This document shows positions 1-8,577 of a DNA stretch of 64,000 nt, piece by piece (positions within the stretch are counted from its first letter, which is position 1; every line of letters starts with the position of its first letter). The position numbers were made by a program, and so were the translations under genes. The notes under the pieces were generated by a model. The model saw only the letters and a program-made list of their open reading frames with translations. It made no database searches and was not told the origin of the DNA. Source of the DNA: Eubacteriales bacterium (GTDB taxonomy: Bacteria; Bacillota; Desulfotomaculia; Desulfotomaculales; Nap2-2B); NCBI GenBank assembly GCA_041653135.1, contig JBAZGB010000002.1:24838-88837 (forward strand), in the 5' to 3' direction.

Positions 1-2435
1 ATATCGATCAGTCCCTCCAGGGGCATGAAAATCTCTACGCTCCTGGCGACTGCGTGAACCGCCCTGGCGGGTTTTTGCTTCAATCCCGAGGAAACTTCCA
101 CCCGGCAGGCCGCAAGCTGCTCAAGGTAGGAAGACCAATTGCCGATGAATTCCTTCGCGTCATCTCCCGGCGCAAGCAGAATAACAGCGGCTTTTTTACC
201 CGGCGGGACGTTCATCTCACTTCTCAAACGCCGGATCAAGCGGGTAATCTCCATCAGGTCGAACATCCCGTACTCGGCGCCGGGGTCCCTCAGATTCTCT
301 TCAGGCGCCGGCCAGGGGGTTTTCATAATCGTTTCTCCCTGGTGGGGCAGACGCTGCCAGATGTCTTCGGTTATAAAAGGCATGAAGGGGTGTAGGAGCT
401 CCAGCGTCCCTTTCAGGACCCTGACCAACACGTGCCGGGCTGTCTGCCGGCCAGCCGGGTCTTCACCGTAAAGCCTTGATTTGCACAGCTCCACATACCA
501 GTCACAAAATTCGTTCCAGGTGAACTCATAAATGATCCTGGCCGCTTCTCCCAGTTCGTAGTTTTCCAGGCAGGCTGTTACACTGGAGGCCGTTTCCTGA
601 AAACGGCTCAGGATCCACCTGTCGGCCAGTGTATAGGATTCGCCGGACGGTTTGGCGCCGGGATCAAAATCCTGCAAATTCATGATCACAAAACGGGAGG
701 CGTTCCAGATCTTGTTGACGAAGTTGCGCGCCCCGTCCAGCCTCTCGAAATGAAAGCGCAGGTCGTTGCCCGGAGTGTTTCCGGTAACAAGCATGAAGCG
801 CAGGCTGTCCGCGCCATATTCATCGATCACGTCGATGGGGTCGACGCCGTTGCCCAAAGACTTGCTCATTTTACGCCCCAGAGCGTCCATGACCAGCCCG
901 TGGACGAAAACTTCGCGAAAGGGGACCTCGTTCATAAAGGCCAGCCCGCTGAAGATCATCCTAGCCACCCAGAAGAAGATGATATCCCTGCCCGTGACCA
1001 TTACCGAAGTCGGGTAAAAGTGGTCAAGCTCTTCGGTCTGTTCCGGCCAGCCCAGGGTGGAAAAAGGCCAGAGAGCAGAGGAAAACCAGGTGTCCAGTAC
1101 GTCGGGGTCCTGTTCCAGGTCTTTGCTCCCGCAGCGCGGGCAGTTTTCCGGATCTTCGGACGGCGCGATTATATTGTCGCACTGCAGGCAGTACCAGACG
1201 GGGATCCTGTGTCCCCACCAGAGCTGCCTGGAAATGCACCAGTCCCGGATATTTTCCATCCAGTTCAGGTAAATCCTGGCGAAGCGCTCGGGAATGTAAA
1301 CGATCCTGTTTTCCCGGACAGCCTCTATGGCCGGTTTGGCCAGGGGTTCCATCCTTACAAACCACTGCCGGGAAAGCATCGGTTCAATGATTGTGTGGCA
1401 GCGGTAGCAGTGGCCTACAGCATGTTCATGGTCTTCGATTTTGATCAGATATCCCCGTTCGTCGAGGTCTTTGACAATGCGCTTACGGCATTCCCAGCGG
1501 TCAAGGCCCCGGTAAACTTCTCCGGCGTCTTCGGTCATTGACGCGTCGGAACCGATCACCTGCGGCGAGTCCAGATTGTGCCTTTTGCCGACCTCGAAGT
1601 CGTTGGGATCGTGGGCGGGAGTTATCTTGAGGGCTCCGGTTCCGAATTCCCTGTCAACGTATTCGTCAGCGATCACAGGTATTTCCCGGCCAACCAGGGG
1701 AAGGATCAATGTCTCCCCGACCATGCTCTTGAAGCGCTCGTCTTCGGGGTGCACTGCCACAGCCACGTCTCCCAGCATTGTCTCCGGACGCGTGGTGGCA
1801 ATGATCACATTTTTCCCGCCGTGCTTGGCGGGATACTTTATATAATACATGTGTCCGGGCACCTGCAGGTGCTCCACCTCGATGTCGGAAATGGTTGTAT
1901 GGCACCTGGGGCACCAGTTGACTATATAGTAACCGCGGTAAATCAGGCCCTGCTCGTAAAGCCGGATGAAGACTTCCCTGACTGCCCTGGAACATCCCTC
2001 GTCCATGGTAAAGCGCTCGCGGTCCCAGTCGCAGGAAGCTCCCAGCCTGCGCAGCTGCCGTGTGATGTGCCCGCCGTATTTTTTTTTCCAGGCCCAGACG
2101 CGCTCGAGGAATTTCTTCCTGCCCAGTTCTGTCCTGGACGTCCCCTCGCCGGTTAGTTGTTCCTCAACTTTGGCCTGGGTGGCTATGCCGGCATGGTCAG
2201 TGCCCGGAAGCCAGAGGGCGTTGTATCCCTGCATGCGGCGCCAGCGGGTCAGGATATCCTGTAAAGTGTTGTCCAGGGCATGTCCCATGTGCAGTTGCCC
2301 TGTTACATTGGGCGGCGGCATGACGATGCAGAAGGGTTTCTTTTCTTGATCAACCCTGGCGTGAAAAAATTTATTTTCTTCCCAGAAGCGGTACCATTTC
2401 TCTTCGACCGGCCCGGGATCATAAGTCGTGGCCAT
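1..2435 (-). CDS. valS: Valine--tRNA ligase, N-terminal ~811 codons (3' end lies beyond the window start)
   Basis: Absent from the ORF track because the frame is open to position 1. My translation from ATG 2435-2433 reads MATTYDPGPVEEKWYRFWEENKFF...PPPNVTGQLHMGHALDNTLQD, which contains the class I HIGH-type motif. The KMSKS loop (RKMSKSLGNGVDP) is encoded near 845-880. The plus-strand ORFs at 54-2349 are antisense shadows. Confidence 0.93.
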   Translation of the reverse strand, partial: MATTYDPGPVEEKWYRFWEENKFFHARVDQEKKPFCIVMPPPNVTGQLHMGHALDNTLQDILTRWRRMQGYNALWLPGTDHAGIATQAKVEEQLTGEGTSRTELGRKKFLERVWAWKKKYGGHITRQLRRLGASCDWDRERFTMDEGCSRAVREVFIRLYEQGLIYRGYYIVNWCPRCHTTISDIEVEHLQVPGHMYYIKYPAKHGGKNVIIATTRPETMLGDVAVAVHPEDERFKSMVGETLILPLVGREIPVIADEYVDREFGTGALKITPAHDPNDFEVGKRHNLDSPQVIGSDASMTEDAGEVYRGLDRWECRKRIVKDLDERGYLIKIEDHEHAVGHCYRCHTIIEPMLSRQWFVRMEPLAKPAIEAVRENRIVYIPERFARIYLNWMENIRDWCISRQLWWGHRIPVWYCLQCDNIIAPSEDPENCPRCGSKDLEQDPDVLDTWFSSALWPFSTLGWPEQTEELDHFYPTSVMVTGRDIIFFWVARMIFSGLAFMNEVPFREVFVHGLVMDALGRKMSKSLGNGVDPIDVIDEYGADSLRFMLVTGNTPGNDLRFHFERLDGARNFVNKIWNASRFVIMNLQDFDPGAKPSGESYTLADRWILSRFQETASSVTACLENYELGEAARIIYEFTWNEFCDWYVELCKSRLYGEDPAGRQTARHVLVRVLKGTLELLHPFMPFITEDIWQRLPHQGETIMKTPWPAPEENLRDPGAEYGMFDLMEITRLIRRLRSEMNVPPGKKAAVILLAPGDDAKEFIGNWSSYLEQLAACRVEVSSGLKQKPARAVHAVARSVEIFMPLEGLID

Positions 2436-2492
2436 TTGTTCGGGCATTAAAATATTCCTTCTCTTTCCGGATTTTATTCTTTCGTCTAAAAT

Positions 2493-2521
2493 ATGTTATC
2501 CGTTTAGGGTAAAAGTGTCAA
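2493..2521 (-). promoter_or_regulatory. Putative sigmaA-type promoter of valS
   Basis: On the minus strand: TTGACA (2521-2516), a 17-nt spacer, then TAACAT (2498-2493), about 55 nt upstream of the valS ATG. No T-box leader elements are visible. Confidence 0.35.
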
Positions 2522-2547
2522 CTTCATTGGTACAAGTTCTATCCTGA

Positions 2548-2745
2548 AATAACCAGGTTATTATACACCGGTCTTAACTCTTTTGCTTGTAAAAACGTAT
2601 AAATTAAACTCACGTATAATCATTAAGGAATTTAAAAGAATTGCTGCAGGATCTTAAAAGTAATAGCTATTAAAACAATGCAGATTGCCTCATAAGTTCC
2701 AATCTTTCCTTCCCTGAGCATTATCTACCCCTTCTCTCCGTATGG
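2548..2745 (-). pseudogene. Ghost of a second gerA-family operon (gerA-end/gerB-start and gerB-end/gerC-start junctions retained, interior deleted)
   Basis: 2552-2592 matches 4258-4298, the gerC-start/gerB-stop junction (accaggttatta..caccggtcttaactc). 2585-2607 matches 4490-4512 (cttgtaaaaNcgtataaattaa). 2660-2740 matches 5303-5385, the gerB-start/gerA-stop junction. The intervening ~780 bp of gerB is missing and no frame is intact. Confidence 0.6.
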
Positions 2746-2814
2746 CGGCTCTCTGTCGACCCTCTTAAAATAACCAATTTGAAATAATCAATCCGGTTTG
2801 AAAATAAAGTAAAA

Positions 2815-2979
2815 TTATCTCAGTAAAATTATAGCTAGAAGAGGGATGACCAGGGTCAGCACTGCCAGGAGCAGCGTGCCGGCCACAGCCGGCCAGGCGC
2901 CATCGGTCCAGTTATACCTGGCAAATCCCAGCAAACGGCCGATGGCGTAAAGGATCAGGAGATAACCGACATATCTCAT
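2815..2979 (-). CDS. Small two-TM membrane protein, translationally coupled to the gerC-type gene (possible germinant-receptor D-subunit-like ORF)
   Basis: Below the ORF-track size cut-off. My translation is MRYVGYLLILYAIGRLLGFARYNWTDGAWPAVAGTLLLAVLTLVIPLLLAIILLR. Its ATG (2979-2977) overlaps the upstream TGA (2978-2976) as ATGA. Confidence 0.4.
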   Translation of the reverse strand: MRYVGYLLILYAIGRLLGFARYNWTDGAWPAVAGTLLLAVLTLVIPLLAIILLR

Positions 2980-4274
2980 TCCGCAGCCTCCTCCCCTTCA
3001 CTAACAAAGGGTGATTCCTTCAAAATCATGCCCGTTCTCCGGATAATAAAGTCGACTTGCGTGTTTACCTGCGCGGTGGGAAATTTTTCTGGCCAATTAT
3101 AATTGTCCCATTCTTTTTCGGTAAGAAAGTTAGTTATGGCACCCCTGCCGAAACCCAGGATATCCGAACGGAACTCGTTCTGGCACTTTTCGACCAGGCT
3201 GTCCAACTCCTCCTTAATCTCCTGCTCGAAGGCCCTTTCCAAAACAACCTTTTGCTCCTTTGCCTCATAGTGAACACCACTCTGCACACACAGGATCTAT
3301 CCCTCCAGCCTCACCGCCAGATCTACAACAGGCCGGCCGCCTTTTACATTGACCTTGATTACCGGCTTCCTGGCGGGGCGCACGTCCAACACCACGGTGT
3401 TATCCGGCTTTTCAGGGTCTTTGACTGAAAAATCACTACTTGAAAAATCGCCTGTCACCATGCCCAGGGCTCTCGTTTCGTTGCCGTCCAGTTCACCGAC
3501 CATCTTTGGGCCGCGGAAGACGGCGGCGCCGAAGAAATCCCTCTTGACTCCTCCTTGACGGGGAATATCACCGGCACCGTCCTCCCCGCCGCTCACCGAT
3601 TCCTGCCGCTCACCCTCCCCGGGCTGTTTCAGTTTAAGCGGGTTGACGCCGCTCAGTATGGCCACCGGTTCTTGGACGCCTGATTTCAGGCCATTGTAAA
3701 AATCAAAAAACCTCCCCCGGGGTATGAAGGAAGCCCTGACCTGCTGGGAGAGGATCACTGAAAAGGCCTTGGCCGGGCGCATGCTTAAAAAGGTTTTGTT
3801 TTGCGCGATAAAGTCGGAGGCCTTTCCTTTGCAAATGATAATATTCGTGGATTCTCTAAATTCCCTGTAGTGCGGCAGGCTCATAATGTATTTTTTAAAG
3901 TCCTCTGATCTGGCCATTTCCTCGGAAAAGATGATAAATTTTGTGTGCATGAGGGAGATCTTTTGGGAAGTCGTTACGTTGGCTATGTTAATGCCGGTAT
4001 ATACGGAAGGGCATTCCACAGTCAAAGACTCGGTAGCGCTAGCCTGCCCGCCGCTTTTTTGCTGTCCTCCTCCGCCGCCTCCACTCTGGCTTCTGAAGCT
4101 GGCCATCTGCAGGGTAAGCCGCAGCTTGTCGGTCACTCCCTTATCAAGGCCCAAGGCTAGGACATAGGCCAGGTCGTCCGGCTCCCAGCGGTCGTAGCAG
4201 CCGGCAGTTCCAACAGGCAGCAAGACGACAATAAGCAATACGAGAATTATTTTTTTGACCAGGTTATTACGCAC
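2976..4274 (-). pseudogene. GerAC/GerKC-family germinant receptor lipoprotein interrupted by one in-frame TAG (3297-3299)
   Basis: ORF-track pieces 3297..4274 and 2976..3287 share one frame and are separated only by TAG plus 3 sense codons. The N-terminus carries a lipoprotein signal (LVLLIVVLLPVGTAGC). The C-terminal piece has GerAC hallmarks (SDILGFG, W..W, IIRRTG). Confidence 0.85.
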
Positions 4275-5364
4275 CGGTCTTAACTCCTTTCTTGCCGCGG
4301 GCCGCCGCGAAAAAAAGCGCCAGCAGCGGGATTCCGAAATAAACCGCCCAGCTAAAGTCCCTAAATAGTGCTATCAAGCTGACAATCACGGTGATGCTGG
4401 GCATCAAAATGCCGATTGAGAATAATATTACACCAAGTGAGAGGACCAGCGGCTTTTGATCCTTAATCCTGAATACCTTGCAGTAAATACTTGTAAAAGC
4501 GTATAAATTAACGCCTGCGGCAAGAATTGCGCTGATACTCCAGACAAAAATATAGACGGACTCGAACCTTTGGAAGAACGTCCCAAACTCGATTACTCTG
4601 GCAAGAGAAAGCATGGGAATAGTTAATTCAGAGGCTACGGTTTTGGGAAAAGCCAAGCCAAGAATTAACAGGCCTGTAAAAATAAACATTCCGGAAAATA
4701 AAACGGCCATCAGGCCAGCCTTTTTGAAGTGCCCGATCCCCTGGAGAGGATTTAAGATCACAGCCAGAAACACAATATCCCCGTAAACGGAACTCCTTTT
4801 CAATCCGGTTATGGCAATATAACCAATTTCCCCGTCAAAGAGGGGAAAAAGATTATAAATTTTGTACAAAGGACCAGCCAGTATAAAAACACTTAAAAGA
4901 GCGATTGCAGCAATCCAGATGAAGGAGGCAACCGTTCTGGCAAGACTCTCAAAACCCAGGTAGACCATGAGAAGAACCGGTACCAGGAAAAAAATCATAA
5001 TCATACTTGGGGGGGTAAATGGGTAGATATACACCTTGATCGCTTCCGAGAACTCACGTGTAAACAGTACGGAATTAAAAAGAAAGGTTGCAGCTAAAAT
5101 GATAATACTCAGGCTTCCTGCTATTTTCCCAAAAACCGTTTCAAACACCGAAACAAGGTCCTGCCCCGGAAACCTTTTCATGAGCAGAAAAATGAACAGA
5201 AAACCAACCAGGGCTGCAGGGATAGCAACTATATGCATAAGCCGGCCGGCCGGGCCGACCACCTCCGCCAATGCCCTGGGACTGGCGAAAAAGAGCTTGG
5301 CTGTAATAGCTATAGAAACTATGCAGGTCGCCTCAAAAACTCCTATCTTCCCTTCCTTAAGCAT
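4267..5364 (-). CDS. Spore germination protein, GerAB/GerKB family (APC-type integral membrane subunit)
   Basis: 365-aa polytopic membrane ORF between the A- and C-type genes. It has a typical GerAB N-terminus (MLKEGKIGVFEATCIV) and overlaps the gerC-type start by 8 nt. Confidence 0.9.
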   Translation of the reverse strand: MLKEGKIGVFEATCIVSIAITAKLFFASPRALAEVVGPAGRLMHIVAIPAALVGFLFIFLLMKRFPGQDLVSVFETVFGKIAGSLSIIILAATFLFNSVLFTREFSEAIKVYIYPFTPPSMIMIFFLVPVLLMVYLGFESLARTVASFIWIAAIALLSVFILAGPLYKIYNLFPLFDGEIGYIAITGLKRSSVYGDIVFLAVILNPLQGIGHFKKAGLMAVLFSGMFIFTGLLILGLAFPKTVASELTIPMLSLARVIEFGTFFQRFESVYIFVWSISAILAAGVNLYAFTSIYCKVFRIKDQKPLVLSLGVILFSIGILMPSITVIVSLIALFRDFSWAVYFGIPLLALFFAAARGKKGVKTGA

Positions 5365-5369
5365 TTTCT

Positions 5370-7280
5370 TTACTCCTTCTCCCCGGCTGGTGGTTCACCC
5401 TTGACCCATCCCCTTGAGATTTTGGGCTGCCTTCTTTTATCCACGGTATTCAGCTCGTCGGCCCTTGTCTCTCTCTCCCAGACGGGGTATCTGAGAATCA
5501 TTTTGCCGGAATTCTTGGTTCTCGGCCAGGCAGGGGCGAGGAAGGGAACGCCGAAGCTTTTCAAGCTCGACATCATGGCAGCGATCATCACGAGGCCTAC
5601 CGACATGCCGAAGAAACCGAGCGAGGCCCCCAGGGCAATAAAGAAAAACCTCGCCAGCCTGACCACGAAGGCGAGAGAATAGGACGGGATCGCAAAGTTG
5701 CCCAGGGCGGTAACCGCAACAACAATGATCAGGATGGGGCTTACGATGCCGGCGGCGACAGCCGCCTGGCCCAGGATCAGCGCCCCGATAATCCCCAGGG
5801 TGGTCCCGATTACCCCGGGCACCCTGATCCCGGCCTCGCGGATCAGCTCGAAAGCCGCTTCCATAAACAAAAGCTCGACAATGCTCGGAAAGGGAACCGG
5901 CTCCCTTGAGGTGGCGATGGAAATCAGCAGTTCCGTGGGGACCATCTCCTGGTGGTAGTTGATTAGGGATATATAAACAGCAGGCAGCAGCAGGGCGATC
6001 AGCATAGCACAGGCTCTGATCACCCTCAAAAAAGTGCCAAACTGCCAGCGCAGGTTAAAATCCTCAGGTGAATGGATCAGTGCAGTCAGTGTGACGGGAA
6101 CGATGAGGGCAAAAGGCGCGCTTTCCGACAGGATGGCCACCCTCCCCTGCATCAGGTGGGAGGCGACCCGGTCCGGACGCTCGGTGTTGATCACCTGGGG
6201 AAGAATCCTCCAGGGGTTGTCCTCGATGAACTGCTCGATCACTCCGTCACCCATGGCGAAATCTGTCTTGATGCTTTTCAGCCTTCTCTTGACCTCTTTG
6301 ACCAGCGACGGGTTGGTGATCCCTCTGATATACATGATGCTTGCCCCGGACTGGTCGGCTGAGCCGATGGTCAGGAACTCGTTGATCAGGTTTTTGTTCT
6401 TGATGATTCTCCTGATCTGGATCATGCTTGTTTTTAGATTCTCGGTAAAGGCTTCCTGGGAGCCGTGGATTACAGCCTCGGTGGTAGGCTTCTCGATGCT
6501 CCTTTTTTCGAAGCCCCTGGTCTCGATAGCCAGGCACTTCTTATAGCCGTCTATAAACAGGACGGTGACTCCCATCAGTATCTGGTTGATCGCGCCGTCG
6601 TAATCTGTTAAAACGGTTACCTGGTTTACGGATAAAACGTTCTCCTTAACATATTCGAACATGGTTCCGCCGTCATACTTATCGTACAAGATACGGTTCA
6701 TCAGCTGCCTTAAGATGAAGTTGTTGATCACGTCCCGGTCAGCCATGCCGTCAATAAAAGCTACAAAAGCGTTGACTTCCCTGTTGAGCTTGAAATCGCG
6801 CACTACAACGTCAATGCTTATGGGAATGTTGAGTTCCTTTTTGATTAATTCCCTGCTGAAATTTATGTCGGGGGATATGCCGGCTGCTTCTTTTGCTCCT
6901 TGATCCGGCTTGTTTTTTTTGTCCCCGTCCGCCTTCCTCTTTTCTTCCTCAGATTGTTTCCGGTTCCTTATCCTTTTTAATATATCAGCCCTTGCCGGTT
7001 TCTTTATCTCTTCTTCCGCCTCTATCTCTCTCTCTTTCTCCTCCCTTATCTTCTCATCCGCCACTTTTTTAAGGTCTTCCTGGTCCAGATAATTCTCCAG
7101 ACCGGCTTCCTTCCCGTGTTCAGGCGCGGCCTCATCTTCTTGCTCTGTGAGCACAAAAGTGTCGTGTTCGGGCGGCCGGTAGGCAAAAATAGAACCCAGC
7201 TTTCTTATAAAGCTCTGTTGTTGATCTTCCGCCAAGGCTCTTAACCTCCAGCTTTGACTTATGAAGTATATTGTTTGCAT
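5370..7280 (-). CDS. Spore germination protein, GerAA/GerKA family, with a long K/E-rich N-terminal extension
   Basis: 636 aa. The conserved GerAA core starts around ...ISPDINFSRELIKKELNIPISIDVVVRDF, followed by the C-terminal TM block. Residues ~60-130 are low-complexity charged sequence (EKEREIEAEEEIKK..EEEKRKADGDKKNK). RBS agggag precedes the ATG. Confidence 0.9.
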   Translation of the reverse strand: MQTIYFISQSWRLRALAEDQQQSFIRKLGSIFAYRPPEHDTFVLTEQEDEAAPEHGKEAGLENYLDQEDLKKVADEKIREEKEREIEAEEEIKKPARADILKRIRNRKQSEEEKRKADGDKKNKPDQGAKEAAGISPDINFSRELIKKELNIPISIDVVVRDFKLNREVNAFVAFIDGMADRDVINNFILRQLMNRILYDKYDGGTMFEYVKENVLSVNQVTVLTDYDGAINQILMGVTVLFIDGYKKCLAIETRGFEKRSIEKPTTEAVIHGSQEAFTENLKTSMIQIRRIIKNKNLINEFLTIGSADQSGASIMYIRGITNPSLVKEVKRRLKSIKTDFAMGDGVIEQFIEDNPWRILPQVINTERPDRVASHLMQGRVAILSESAPFALIVPVTLTALIHSPEDFNLRWQFGTFLRVIRACAMLIALLLPAVYISLINYHQEMVPTELLISIATSREPVPFPSIVELLFMEAAFELIREAGIRVPGVIGTTLGIIGALILGQAAVAAGIVSPILIIVVAVTALGNFAIPSYSLAFVVRLARFFFIALGASLGFFGMSVGLVMIAAMMSSLKSFGVPFLAPAWPRTKNSGKMILRYPVWERETRADELNTVDKRRQPKISRGWVKGEPPAGEKE

Positions 7281-7728
7281 TGCTCCCTGAAAAATACATT
7301 GCCAGGAGCATTGTCAAGGGGTAGTTGTTGACACACGACTGTCTGAACAGATCGCAGAACTCATCAGGCAGACGCAGGCGCCGGCAAAAAGATCTGAAAG
7401 GGGAGCAAGTTTTGCACATTTTTTATAATCAAAATTAAGCTGTTAGGCTAATCTCTCATATAATAAAAGAAAAGGGGTTGATTTCAGTTGGGAGAAATCT
7501 CTAGGCGGCAGCAATTTTACAACAAGTTATCTGTAAAGGCCGCCGGAGATGAAAGCTTACGGCTAAGCTTACTTGCTTTAGGCTTGAAAGACATGCAGGT
7601 TGTCAATGCTATGCTTGCGTTTTTGAATTTGTTTCTTACTGATGGATTTTTTCATCTAACTTAAAGATACCAACTCCCAAAGCCAGATTATCCCAGAGGA
7701 CTCTTTCCACCATTTCGTACTGGCTTTC

Positions 7729-8118
7729 CTAGCATTTAACTACAAGTAAAACTTCAGAGGACTTTGCCTTTGTCCTCTTCACGTCCTTATCACTCCGGAA
7801 TTTTCCGTGCAGATAATCTAAAGCAAAACCAAGTACCGCTCCAGTAAGAAGGCCGATTGTCCCCCATACAATCGGACCCCATTTTAAAACGAAGCCGTAT
7901 ATAACACCGAAAAGCATGAAAATAGTGCCCAGAATGGCGGCGGCGTCGAACAGGCTGACGCCGTCGGCGCTGTGTATGGTATCAAACAGCCTTCTTTCCT
8001 CTTTTCTTTTGTCTAAAGTTATTCCCCCAATATTCTGCCTGAGTATACCTCTTTTCTCAAGGTCGGTAATAGCCAGCTCCAGATTAAGAGAATATTCAAA
8101 AGAGGCGGCTACGAACAT
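7729..8118 (-). CDS. Hypothetical membrane protein (soluble N-domain plus two TM helices); frame stays open 30 codons past its TAG, to TAA 7636-7638
   Basis: 129-aa ORF with RBS aggtga 9 nt upstream of ATG 8118. After TAG 7729-7731 the same frame reads ESQYEMVERVLWDNLALGVGIFKLDEKIHQ, then TAA. Confidence 0.6.
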   Translation of the reverse strand: MFVAASFEYSLNLELAITDLEKRGILRQNIGGITLDKRKEERRLFDTIHSADGVSLFDAAAILGTIFMLFGVIYGFVLKWGPIVWGTIGLLTGAVLGFALDYLHGKFRSDKDVKRTKAKSSEVLLVVKC

Positions 8119-8276
8119 CCGGCAAACTCACCTTCTATGGCTTCATATATTTTTTTACCCTGGTAGTTCCTCCTTATAAAGAAGGCCTGTTCCATTTCAA
8201 AAAGACGGTTATATTCAACGCAATTAGCGTAGGAATCATAAGCTGCAAAGCCATACAGCGAAGGCAGAAACAATAG

Positions 8277-8555
8277 CTACTGGGGGTCAAGCGCAGCCCG
8301 CGCCTGTTCGAAAGCCCCTATGGCGGTGTAGTGTATAGCCGGAAGAAGGTGTGAAAAATAAACTATAACAATATACTCAACAGGCAGAAGAAAACTTGTC
8401 GGTATCTGGTGGGTATAATGATGCCCGAGACCCGGAGAAATTAACGAAAGCCCTGCAGCCATCCAGGGGGTCCGTTTGTCGAGAAAGCATATGTCCATTG
8501 AGCTTAGTTTTACCGGCAATATCATAGAATCTTCCCTGTCCGCCAGGATTGCCAA
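8277..8555 (-). CDS. Small polytopic membrane protein, paralog 2 of a pair (S-P-G-L-G-H motif); TAG at 8277-8279 followed by a 55-codon in-frame extension
   Basis: Paralogous to 8578..8910 (PW...PG[FL]G[YH]...G..EQA[KR]). The likely true start is ATG 8525, preceded by RBS agggaag. The extension LLFLPSLYGFAAYDSYANCVEYNRLFEMEQAFF...EGEFAGCS ends at TAG 8109-8111 and overlaps the next gene start by 10 nt. Confidence 0.55.
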   Translation of the reverse strand: MAILADREDSMILPVKLSSMDICFLDKRTPWMAAGLSLISPGLGHHYTHQIPTSFLLPVEYIVIVYFSHLLPAIHYTAIGAFEQARAALDPQ

Positions 8556-8577
8556 TTTATTTGAATCAACAGTCAGC

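Noticed and set aside
54-2349. Several long plus-strand ORFs (up to 263 aa) at the start of the window
   Set aside because: They lie antisense to an unbroken, clearly homologous valS frame on the minus strand. Their sequences are low-complexity and Pro/Arg/Gly-rich, typical of shadow ORFs.
2436-2560. T-box riboswitch leader upstream of valS
   Set aside because: The predicted leader is only ~55 nt. I found no specifier-loop, AGAGA or T-box (..GGUGG.ACC..) elements, and the upstream DNA is the ger-operon ghost.
7488-7664. 58-codon plus-strand ORF (TTG start; MGEISRRQQFYNKLSVKAAGDE...) in the gerA-upstream intergenic region
   Set aside because: It has a TTG start with a mediocre RBS and no motif. 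It also overlaps the more protein-like minus-strand extension of the 7729 gene, so I could not support it.
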